From Pseudomonas aeruginosa (GTDB lineage: Bacteria > Pseudomonadota > Gammaproteobacteria > Pseudomonadales > Pseudomonadaceae), in contig NZ_LN831024.1 in assembly GCF_001457615.1 (NCBI RefSeq), forward strand, positions 4,320,001 through 4,352,000: 32,000 nucleotides of DNA. Reading direction: 5' to 3'. Positions 22,114 through 30,097 of the stretch are shown here, piece by piece; the stretch's first letter is position 1, and each line of letters opens with the position of its first letter. The notes under the pieces were generated by a model that was given only the letters and a program-made list of their open reading frames with translations, made no database searches and was not told the DNA's origin. The translations under genes were made by a program, and so were the position numbers.

Positions 22114-25100
22114 TCAGTCCGGCATCCAGGCACGATACCAGGCGCGCAAACGCTCGCCGTCGAGCATCCAATCCGCCAGCACCCGTTCGCGCAGGTTATC
22201 CCCTGCCCTGGCTGCGGCATCCAGGTCGCGGGTATGCATGCGGATCGCCTCCACCCAGTCGCGGAAACGGTTCTTCACCCGCGTCACCGGCAGATCGTCC
22301 TGGTAGCAGCGCACGTCGCTGCAGACCACCGGGAAACCGCAGGCGCCGTATTCCAGCAGGCGCAGATTGCTCTTGCACTCGTTGAACAGGTTCTGCTCCA
22401 CCGGCGCCAGCGCCAGGTCGAGATCGAGAGCCGCCAATGCCCGCGGATAGCGTTCGATAGGCACCCCCGCATGCACTTCCCTGACGAAGGGACGGATGGA
22501 CGGCGGGCACATGCCGAAGAACACCCAGTCGACTTCGTCGGCCAGTTCCCGGACCACATCGGCGATCAGTTCCAGATCGCCGGTATGGCTCGAGCCGCCC
22601 GCCCAACCGACACGTGGCCGCTCGCCGCGCCGCCGCTGCGCCCGCAGCCCCTGCCACCACCCCACCGGCAGGCGGTTCTCGATCACCCGGATATCCGGGT
22701 GGAGACCGGCGAAGGCCTCTGCCAGGGCCGGCGTCGACACCACGAAGCGGTCGACGTAACCCAGCCCGCGACGCAGCGTGCGCAAAATGTCCTTCGGCAG
22801 GTGCTGGCGATGGGCGCTCTTGAGGGGCACGTTGGGCAGATAGTCGTCCAGCTCGTAGACCTTGAAGGCCCGCGAGAACGCCTGCATCCGCCGCATGGCC
22901 TCGAGACGCTCCTCGCCGACCTGGCGCTGCAGCACCAGTACGTCCGGGTCGTAGCGCTCCAGATCGGCCACGTGCATCAGGCCGATCGACAGCGCGCCAT
23001 CGATGGATGCCGACTCGCGCAACGCGCTGAACGGCTGGATCACCCGGTAATGGCCGCAGCCGAACAGGTCGGCGGGGTGCGCCAGGACAGTGGGCAAGGG
23101 CCGCCACCCCTGCAACGGGCGCCAGGCCAGCTGCGGGTCGGCCAGCTTGAAACCGCCTTCGGCCTGCAACGAAAAGCCCGGGTTATAGGCGGGATCGCGT
23201 GCCAACAACGGTAGCCAGCGCGCGTACAGCGCATCTTCTTCCTCGACGCTCGCCGCCGTCGTGGCAGGCGCATCGAGCAACAGCCGCGCACGCGGCGTCC
23301 ATACGTTCAGGTAGCCCGCCTGGACCGCCCGCAGGCAGATGTCGACATCGTCCCAGCGCGTCAGCGCCTCGTCGAAACCGCCCAATTCGAGAAACAACTC
23401 GCGGCGCATCAACAGGCATTCGCCAGCCACCGCCGAGTAGTTCTGGTCCACCTGCAGGCGCTGCAGGTAACCGGCGTCCTCGTGCGAACGCCCTTCGAAG
23501 GCCCGCCCGGCCGGTCCGCATAAGCCGAGCAGCCAGCCGGCGTGGCAGACCCGTCCGTCCGCCGCCAGGAGCTTGGCGCCTACCGCGCCGACTTCCGGAC
23601 GCTGGCCATGGTTGAGCAACTGCTGCAGCCAGTCCTTGTCGAGGATGCCGCTGCCGGCATCGAGCCAGAGCAGGAATTCGCCACGCACCCGGGACGCCGC
23701 CAGGTTGCGCAGAGCCCCACGGGATAACTGCCCATCGCCTCGCAGCACCCGCACCTGCTCGACACCCATGCCTTCGACGGCGAGCAGCCATTCGCGAACG
23801 TCGGCCGCTTCGCCACCCTGTTCCAGCAGAAGGATCTCGTAGTTGGGATAGGCGGTATTCTCCAGCACGGTTTCTACGCAACGCTGGAGCTGCGCCAGGC
23901 GCTCCCCGGCCAGCACCAGGATGCTGACCGGCGGTTGCCCGGCGTGGCCGTAGTCCAGCTCGTAGCGCCCCGGCAGCCGGCTTCCGACTGTCGCCTGCGC
24001 GTAGCCACGGGCACGCAGGTGGCCTTCGATCGCCGCACGCTCGGCGGTGCTGTCCTGCAGGCGCAGCGCTGGGCCAGACAGCAGTGGCTCGCTGATGTGT
24101 CCGATACAGCCCAGGCCCCGCTGCTCGACGAGACGCAACTGGTAGGCCAGCTCGAAAGCCTCGCCGGCGGTCTCGTCGAATCCGCCCGTGGCAAGCAGCG
24201 GCTCGCGGCGGAACAACCAGTGCCGGGACAGGCCGGCGGGGAAACTGAGCAGAAGGTCGAGATTCAGGTCCGGGCGCAACGCCGCGCCCAGCTCGCCGTC
24301 ATCCAGGCGCATGAGTTCGTCGGCGTACACCGCCTGGCAGCTCTCCGGTGCCGCCAGCAGGTCCAGCGCCGCCACCAGCAGGCCGCTGACAGTGAATTCG
24401 ACGCCCGCTTCGACCAGGAGCAACCAGTCGGTATCAAGCCGGGCAAGCGCCTGGTTGATCGTCGGTATCGGCCCCGCGGCAGGATCGAAGAGCATCGCTC
24501 CGTTCCGCGGACTCGCGCCCAGCGGCGCGAACAGGTGGCTCTCGACATGTGGATACGAATTGACGTGCTCCAGGCTCTGCAGGGTGCGCTCCACGGCCTC
24601 GGTATCGCCGTGGGTGTCGAGCACCAGCACCGCGAAGCGCGGCCCACCGCCCTGCTCCTGCAGGAATCGATCGATCAGCGCCTTCTGCACCGCATCCGGC
24701 CGCCGCGCCTCCAGCCAGGTCGACAGCGTGACGCTACCGAAGCCCGCCGCCCGCCTCAGCGCGGCGAGCAGGTTGACCGGCTTGAAGACACGGGCGTCCA
24801 GGCGGGTGATCGGTGCCACCCGGACGAAACGGTTGTCGCCGGCCTGGCGATACCAACCCAGTTCGCGGATAGCCAGGCGGAAGTCGGCATGGCCCTGCTC
24901 GCCGATACCGGGCTGGTCGCGCCCGATCTGGCTGAACTGCTGGCGGGAGACGCGGAAACGGGTCAGCGGCCGCGACAGGAACGCCAGGTCGCCACGCTGT
25001 AGCAACTGCGCACACATGGCCAGGTCGCCGATCCAGTCGATGGCCCGGCCGTTGAGCATCATCAGGCGCTCGCAGATCTGCAGCAGCGCATCGCGCCGGG

Positions 25101-25620
25101 CCATCAGGCAACTGGGTTCGCCGATGAAGTTGATGGTGTGGTCGGCGAGGAACGAGACCAGCTCGCGACCGTCGATCAGGACGTCGCCGGCGAACGGGAA
25201 GCAGGTCGCCAGGATGTCCGGCAGCGGCTGCCCTTCCTCGTCGATACGCAACCGCCGCGACGAGGCCAGGACCACGTTCGGCTCGCGCTCCATCGCTCCC
25301 ACCAACGCCTCGACGCATTCGGGAAGCAACACGTCGTCGTCGTGGAGAAACTTGACGTACTCGCCCTCCGCCAGGCGAATGCCTTTCGCCGTGCTGCCCA
25401 GCTCGCCGAGGCGCGTCTCGTTGCGGAAGTAGCGGATCGGGAATGCCGCGGAGGCGCGCTTCTGCTCGACCAGCGTGGCGATCCGCTCGTCGCTGCTGTC
25501 GTCGCAGATGATCAGCTCCAGGGCCGGATAGGTCTGCCCGAGCACGCTGTCGAGGGCGTCCTCGAAGTACTCCAGCTTGTAGGTCGGCATGACGATGCTG
25601 ACACGAACGTTCGCGCTCAT
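22114..25620 (-). CDS. fgtA: Multi-domain flagellin glycosyltransferase (OrfN / FgtA / Fgt1 family), 1168 aa
   Basis: The first GT-A (GT2) domain reads VSIVMPTYKLEYFEDALDSVLGQTYPALELIICDDSSDE...LHDDD. A second, degenerate GT-A-like module lies around aa 330-520 (FAVLVLDTHGD...). A third GT2-like module lies around aa 590-800 (VSILVLAGER...WLDAGSGI...GGFDE). The C-terminal region of about 300 aa is GT-B-like (RVGWAGGSSHTGDLE...ECKSNLRLLEYGACGFPVVCSD). It lies directly upstream of fliC. Confidence 0.9.
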   Translation of the reverse strand: MSANVRVSIVMPTYKLEYFEDALDSVLGQTYPALELIICDDSSDERIATLVEQKRASAAFPIRYFRNETRLGELGSTAKGIRLAEGEYVKFLHDDDVLLPECVEALVGAMEREPNVVLASSRRLRIDEEGQPLPDILATCFPFAGDVLIDGRELVSFLADHTINFIGEPSCLMARRDALLQICERLMMLNGRAIDWIGDLAMCAQLLQRGDLAFLSRPLTRFRVSRQQFSQIGRDQPGIGEQGHADFRLAIRELGWYRQAGDNRFVRVAPITRLDARVFKPVNLLAALRRAAGFGSVTLSTWLEARRPDAVQKALIDRFLQEQGGGPRFAVLVLDTHGDTEAVERTLQSLEHVNSYPHVESHLFAPLGASPRNGAMLFDPAAGPIPTINQALARLDTDWLLLVEAGVEFTVSGLLVAALDLLAAPESCQAVYADELMRLDDGELGAALRPDLNLDLLLSFPAGLSRHWLFRREPLLATGGFDETAGEAFELAYQLRLVEQRGLGCIGHISEPLLSGPALRLQDSTAERAAIEGHLRARGYAQATVGSRLPGRYELDYGHAGQPPVSILVLAGERLAQLQRCVETVLENTAYPNYEILLLEQGGEAADVREWLLAVEGMGVEQVRVLRGDGQLSRGALRNLAASRVRGEFLLWLDAGSGILDKDWLQQLLNHGQRPEVGAVGAKLLAADGRVCHAGWLLGLCGPAGRAFEGRSHEDAGYLQRLQVDQNYSAVAGECLLMRRELFLELGGFDEALTRWDDVDICLRAVQAGYLNVWTPRARLLLDAPATTAASVEEEDALYARWLPLLARDPAYNPGFSLQAEGGFKLADPQLAWRPLQGWRPLPTVLAHPADLFGCGHYRVIQPFSALRESASIDGALSIGLMHVADLERYDPDVLVLQRQVGEERLEAMRRMQAFSRAFKVYELDDYLPNVPLKSAHRQHLPKDILRTLRRGLGYVDRFVVSTPALAEAFAGLHPDIRVIENRLPVGWWQGLRAQRRRGERPRVGWAGGSSHTGDLELIADVVRELADEVDWVFFGMCPPSIRPFVREVHAGVPIERYPRALAALDLDLALAPVEQNLFNECKSNLRLLEYGACGFPVVCSDVRCYQDDLPVTRVKNRFRDWVEAIRMHTRDLDAAARAGDNLRERVLADWMLDGERLRAWYRAWMPD

Positions 25621-25740
25621 TGAGCCATTCCTGAGTAATTGGTGCAGCGCATGGTGATCGGAAGGGCCGGGCCATGGCCCTTCGTGTCGCCGCTCCCGGT
25701 CTCGACTCCCCGCGGCGGAGCATCTGCTCCGACGAGCGCG

Positions 25741-25940
25741 TCAGCGCCCTTCACGAAGAGCATCGGGCCAGTCGACATAGAGGATCGTGTCGTAGAAATA
25801 CAGCGAGTAATGGCGCAGGCGCAGCCGGGCTCCCGCAGCGATCCCGTCGATCGCGGCGACGATGTCCAGCAGGTCCTGCACATGGTGGTAACAGGTGATG
25901 GCCATGCGCGGCCGGCACTCGTCGATCAGCCGCGCGGCCC
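25741..25940 (-). pseudogene. Out-of-frame C-terminal remainder (66 codons) of the FkbM methyltransferase
   Basis: Shifting frame at the G5 run (plus-strand C5, 25938-25942) gives AARLIDECRPRMAITCYHHVQDLLDIVAAIDGIAAGARLRLRHYSLYFYDTILYVDWPDALREGR, ending at TGA 25741-25743. This is the expected continuation of an FkbM domain after DVEGxExxVLxG. Confidence 0.7.
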
Positions 25941-26906
25941 CCGCAGAACCCGTGCCTCATGGCCTTCCACATCCATTTTCAGCAAGGTCATGACATCGAG
26001 GACATCGTCGAGCCGCACGCACGGCACCTGCACGGTGCCGTCTATCTCGACCCTGCTTCCCATGGTGCCGTGGGCTGCGAATGCGAGATGGCCGCCGGTA
26101 TCGGACACCGCCTGGTTATGCAGATGGAGACCGACACTTCCAGCAAGCGACGCATGCATGAGCCGGTAATTCGCCGGATCAGGCTCGAAGGCATGGATCG
26201 AAGCATATTCATGACGAGCCGCCAGCATGAACTTCTTCACCGTATCGCCATCGTAGGCACCGATATCCACGTAATGCTCGTCGCTTCGCAAGACGATCGG
26301 ATGCTCGGGGCCCCGGTACAGGGAAAAGTATTCCTGCTCTCCCGGACACAACACGTCCAGCAACGCAGCGCGGTTGCCGTCCAAACGCAGGCGCATGATG
26401 GCTTCCAGGGTCTTCCGGCTTCGCTCGTCGGCCAGGCGCTCGCGCAGCGAGACGAACTCGGCGTGATGCTGCATCGCCAATTCGCGAGTCAGCGCGCCGG
26501 TCTGGTAGACCAAAGGAATATCCAGCAGGTAGAGAAGCTCGGGCAGATCGAGGGTGATGCATTGCGCAGTCTTCGCCAGGTGATCCAGCGTCAGCCAGGT
26601 AGGCAGCGAATAGGCACAATTCACCGCGGGTTTCCCTGCGTGGCATGGTTCCTTCAACTGGGCGGTAGGAATCACCTGGTCGAAACCATCGGGAACGCTA
26701 TTGCTGGCGAAAAGCACATCGTCCACAGCAATCAGGCGAACCTCAGGCAGACGCTGTGACAAACCGGCAACCACCTGTGAGCGGAACACCCCTCCAAGAT
26801 AGGAACTAGGCACCAGCACCAATAGATATCCGCTCCGTTCGCATCGCGAAAGGAAGTCCGCCTGCGTCATATCGTTTCCCGCCATCATCGACAGCTCCCC
26901 GCTCAT
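25926..26906 (-). CDS. FkbM-family SAM-dependent methyltransferase, prematurely terminated by a frameshift (326 aa as written)
   Basis: FkbM motifs are present: HYVDIGAYDGDT, HAFEPDPANY, NQAVSD and LLKMDVEGHEARVLRG. The ORF then stops 4 codons later. An N-terminal extension of about 190 aa has unknown function. Its ATG overlaps the stop of the upstream gene as ATGA. Confidence 0.8.
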   Translation of the reverse strand: MSGELSMMAGNDMTQADFLSRCERSGYLLVLVPSSYLGGVFRSQVVAGLSQRLPEVRLIAVDDVLFASNSVPDGFDQVIPTAQLKEPCHAGKPAVNCAYSLPTWLTLDHLAKTAQCITLDLPELLYLLDIPLVYQTGALTRELAMQHHAEFVSLRERLADERSRKTLEAIMRLRLDGNRAALLDVLCPGEQEYFSLYRGPEHPIVLRSDEHYVDIGAYDGDTVKKFMLAARHEYASIHAFEPDPANYRLMHASLAGSVGLHLHNQAVSDTGGHLAFAAHGTMGSRVEIDGTVQVPCVRLDDVLDVMTLLKMDVEGHEARVLRGPRG

Positions 26907-27517
26907 AGGATGCGTGCCCCATCGGGCATGAGTTCATCGTAAAAGGAGTAATTAGGCAGTTCCCGGGGAAGCCTGCCCGGCAACAACCATTCGCAGTGTC
27001 GCCCCACCCGGGTGTCGGCGAGCGCGACGCTGCCCGCACCCAGCGTGCTGCCCTGGCCGATCTCCACTCGCCGTCCCAACTGCACGCCAGCGAGCAGCGT
27101 GCTACAGGTTCCGACCCGGCAGTCCTCCTCCACCAGGACCTGCAGCTCCAGCCAACTGCCAGTGCCGATGCGGGCAGGACCAGCGAGCACGCAACCGGCG
27201 CCGACGAACACGTTGCCCAGCAGTCGCACGCCTTCGCCGACGATGGCCTGAGGCGAGACGATATCGAATAGCCGGTAGCCCGCCAGGCGGATATCCGCGA
27301 TGAGCTTGTGGCGGGCGTAGTTCACCGCCCGCTCGTCCAGCGCCACGAATACTTCGCTTTCCGCAGCGGGGTAGCGTTCGAGCAGAGGCGCAATATCGAA
27401 GTTGTGTCGATCCGCAGCATTCAGCTCCAGGACCCGGTGTTCCAGTCCCCGTTCCCGCGCGGTACTGTCCGCCCGTTCGAGCGCGCGCCCTTCCCCGACG
27501 ATGATCGCCTGCTTCAT
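26903..27517 (-). CDS. Left-handed beta-helix (hexapeptide) acyl/acetyltransferase, NeuD/PglD-like, 204 aa
   Basis: ATG 27517 follows GGAGAGGG and overlaps the Rieske gene stop as ATGA. The N-terminal Rossmann-like start is MKQAIIVGEG. Hexapeptide repeats include VGEGVRLLGNVFVGAGCVLAGPARIGTGSWL and VEIGQGSTLGAGSV. Confidence 0.8.
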   Translation of the reverse strand: MKQAIIVGEGRALERADSTARERGLEHRVLELNAADRHNFDIAPLLERYPAAESEVFVALDERAVNYARHKLIADIRLAGYRLFDIVSPQAIVGEGVRLLGNVFVGAGCVLAGPARIGTGSWLELQVLVEEDCRVGTCSTLLAGVQLGRRVEIGQGSTLGAGSVALADTRVGRHCEWLLPGRLPRELPNYSFYDELMPDGARIL

Positions 27518-28644
27518 GCCCTCTCCCCCAGTACCTGCGCGCGATACCACAGGTGCTGGCGCACCAGCTGCACCTCGTAGTCGCCGTGCATGAACGGCGG
27601 CGAATGTGCGCCCAGCCCCTCCTGGAGGCGTTCCAGGACCAGGGTGTCCTCGCCGATCACGTTACGCTCGCCGCGAATCAGGGTGCTCAGCAAAGCGCTG
27701 AAATCGGTCTTCGGATCCTTGCGCCGGGCAGTCATCATCCACAGGTGGTAATCGGTCTCGCCGGGTGCCACCGGATCGTACTGCTGGAGCAGGAAGTGCT
27801 CGCCACGGACGCTGCAGAAGTTCACGTTCGGGTAGATGAACCAGTTGTAGTAGGCGTGCTCGTCGCCGTAGCCCTCGCAGAGGTCGGAGAACCAGCTCTT
27901 GTAGGGCTGGATCGGCGCCTTGGTGGGGAAGCTCAGCGAACGCAGCTCCGGCGTTTCGCCTTCCTGCAGCAGGCGCAGCACCTCGGATGGCACCGCAGCC
28001 TCGCGTGCCAGACCGCGCACCGGGGCGGTCATCACCGGGAGGAAGGTCTTCGGATGGACGAAAGGAACATGGTTGTAGTCCTTCACGTTCTCCATGTTCA
28101 GCTTCCAGTTGTAGCGCACCTTGTGGCAGCTGTAGATCAGCCGCGTATCCAGGTGCGAGGAGACCTCCCGCAAGGTTTCCAGGAATCCATCGTCGAACTG
28201 CTCGCGCAGCGGCAGCGGGTCGTCCGCCAGGTTGACGAACAGCAGTTGCCCCACCTCTTCCAGGTGCAGCTTGCGCAAGCCGATCCGCGCCCGCTCCTCG
28301 GCGCTGAACTGGTACAGGCTGGAGTTCGGAATGCCCTGTAGCTGCCCCTCGGCGCCGAACGACCAGGCATGGTACGGGCAGACCAGCGGTCGCTGGCCGG
28401 TGCATTCGGTCTGGATCGCCGACAGACGATGCGGACACTGGTTGAGAAAGGCCCGAATGCCGGACTCGGTACGCTGCACCACGACCGGCACGCCGGCGAT
28501 CTTGCGGGTGAAGAACTGGTTGCGCTCGCGCACCATCGAACTGAAGCCGACGAAGATCCAGAGCCTGCCGAACAGCCTTTCGCGCTCCAGCGCGAGCGTC
28601 TGCGGCTCGGTGTAGTGCGCTGCGTCCAGCGCATGGCGAGTCAT
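27514..28644 (-). CDS. Rieske [2Fe-2S] non-heme-iron oxygenase (alpha-subunit-like), 376 aa
   Basis: The Rieske motif is CPHRLSAIQTECTGQRPLVCPYHAW (C-x-H-x16-C-x2-H). The mononuclear-iron motif is NVKDYNHVPFVHP (D-x2-H-x4-H). ATG 28644 is chosen; in-frame GTGs at 28650, 28656 and 28665 are possible alternatives. The 135-aa N-terminal extension of the 511-aa track ORF overlaps the upstream gene and is rejected. Confidence 0.88.
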   Translation of the reverse strand: MTRHALDAAHYTEPQTLALERERLFGRLWIFVGFSSMVRERNQFFTRKIAGVPVVVQRTESGIRAFLNQCPHRLSAIQTECTGQRPLVCPYHAWSFGAEGQLQGIPNSSLYQFSAEERARIGLRKLHLEEVGQLLFVNLADDPLPLREQFDDGFLETLREVSSHLDTRLIYSCHKVRYNWKLNMENVKDYNHVPFVHPKTFLPVMTAPVRGLAREAAVPSEVLRLLQEGETPELRSLSFPTKAPIQPYKSWFSDLCEGYGDEHAYYNWFIYPNVNFCSVRGEHFLLQQYDPVAPGETDYHLWMMTARRKDPKTDFSALLSTLIRGERNVIGEDTLVLERLQEGLGAHSPPFMHGDYEVQLVRQHLWYRAQVLGERA

Positions 28645-28661
28645 GTCCACATCCACAACCT

Positions 28662-29294
28662 TCACTTGCTGAAAATAACCCGGGCCGGATTGCCGACCAC
28701 GGTCTGTCCGGCCGCCACGTCCTTGAACACCACCGCGCCCATGCCCACCACGGCGTCTTCGCCGATACTGACGTCGCGGGCGATCATCGCCCCGGAGTTG
28801 ATCACCGCACGATCGCCCACCTTCACGTAGCCGGCCAGCAGGCAGCGCGGGCCGATGTGTACATAGTCGCCGATGACCACGTCGTGGCCGAGCATGGTTT
28901 GCTGGTCGATGAAACCGTAGGCGCCGATACGGCAGTCCACGCCGCTGCTCACGTCGTAGCCGAAGAAGGTCGGGCCGTAGCTGGTCCGCACGCCAAGGGT
29001 GCAGCGGGTGCGGATAGCGACGAACTCGGCGCCCTTCGCCAGCAGGCATGCGACCTGCTTCTGGCGACTGAGCGGATCGCCGACCGCGGCGACGAACAGT
29101 TGGTCAGGCTCCGCGACGAAGCTCTCCGGATACCCGAGCCACGGGTAGTAGAGCGACTCCGCGACCGCGTCGGGGCCGCGCTCGTCGAGAAACCCGCCGA
29201 TCACCCAGTCGATGCCGTGACCGTAGTCGACCTGCAGCTGGGCCAGCACCTGACGCCCCAACCCACCGGCGCCGAGGATGATGATCCTCTTCAT
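28662..29294 (-). CDS. PglD/NeuD-family hexapeptide N-acyltransferase (sugar aminotransferase-product acylase, VioB-like), 210 aa
   Basis: The N-terminal Rossmann-like start is MKRIIILGAGGLGRQV. The C-terminal LbH repeats are IGAYGFIDQQTMLGHDVVIGDYVHIGPRCLLAGYVKVGDRAVINSGAMIARDVSIGEDAVVGMGAVV...VVGNPAR. Confidence 0.85.
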   Translation of the reverse strand: MKRIIILGAGGLGRQVLAQLQVDYGHGIDWVIGGFLDERGPDAVAESLYYPWLGYPESFVAEPDQLFVAAVGDPLSRQKQVACLLAKGAEFVAIRTRCTLGVRTSYGPTFFGYDVSSGVDCRIGAYGFIDQQTMLGHDVVIGDYVHIGPRCLLAGYVKVGDRAVINSGAMIARDVSIGEDAVVGMGAVVFKDVAAGQTVVGNPARVIFSK

Positions 29295-29304
29295 TGCATC
29301 GTCC

Positions 29305-30072
29305 TCAACTGATGGTCAGGCCGCCGTCCATCACCAGGGTCGTGCCGGTCACCCAGCGGCTGGCATCGGAAAGCATGAAGATAGCGGCGTTGGCGATATC
29401 CTCGGGCTTGCCGAAGCCCATCGGGTGGTTGCTGCGTTGACCGTCCATCGAACCGACCGTCTGGGTGGCTGCATCCAGAAGCGGTGTTTCCACCAGTGAT
29501 GGAGACAGGCAGTTAACCCGGATGTTGCGCTTCACCACTTCCATGGCCAGGCAGCGGGACATGGCGATCAGAGCGGCCTTGGTTCCCGAGTATGCCCCCA
29601 CTCCGGCAACCCCGATGTGGGCGGCGATGGAAGCGATGAACAGGATCGAACCGCCGGGCGCTACCAGGTTGCGCTTGAGCAACGCCTGGGTAAGCAGCAT
29701 CGGCGAGTCGACATTGATCGACTGGACTTCATGCAAGTGCGCTTCGGTCATCATCCGCACTGGACACAGACGGGAAATACCGGCGCTATGCACCAGTCCA
29801 TGGATTTCGCTGTCGACAGCCGCTACCACCGCAGCGCGCTCCTCGGCTACCCGAAGATCGGCCTGGACAGCACGGTGCGGCAGCTCCGAGATCGACTGCA
29901 AGGTTGTCAGGCATCCATCCAGGCGGGTCTGGTCACGTCCGGTAACGATCAATTCGGCGCCCATCCGCGCACAGCTCTGCGCGATGGCCAGGCCCAGGCC
30001 GGAACTGGCGCCGGTGACCAGGATGCGCCTGCCCGACAGGCTGAAGGGATTGAAGGAAGTCTCGTCGTTCAC
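29305..30072 (-). CDS. Short-chain dehydrogenase/reductase, 3-oxoacyl-ACP reductase (FabG)-like, 255 aa
   Basis: GTG start. The cofactor motif is VTGASSGLG (TGxxxGxG) and the catalytic motif is YSGTKAAL (YxxxK). IRVNCLSPS is also present. Confidence 0.9.
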   Translation of the reverse strand: MNDETSFNPFSLSGRRILVTGASSGLGLAIAQSCARMGAELIVTGRDQTRLDGCLTTLQSISELPHRAVQADLRVAEERAAVVAAVDSEIHGLVHSAGISRLCPVRMMTEAHLHEVQSINVDSPMLLTQALLKRNLVAPGGSILFIASIAAHIGVAGVGAYSGTKAALIAMSRCLAMEVVKRNIRVNCLSPSLVETPLLDAATQTVGSMDGQRSNHPMGFGKPEDIANAAIFMLSDASRWVTGTTLVMDGGLTIS

Positions 30073-30097
30073 TTGGCTGATTCCGCGTTCAAGGCAC

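Noticed and set aside
22036-25002. Numerous 60-414-aa ORFs in other frames inside the 1168-aa glycosyltransferase gene
   Set aside because: A single uninterrupted 3.5-kb frame with GT2 and GT-B motifs explains the region. The others are high-GC frame artefacts.
28645-29049. The N-terminal 135-aa extension of the 511-aa track ORF for the Rieske gene
   Set aside because: It overlaps the hexapeptide acyltransferase gene (28662-29294) out of frame and is Arg/Gly-rich. The Rieske-family N-terminus begins naturally at MTRHALDAAHYTEPQ.
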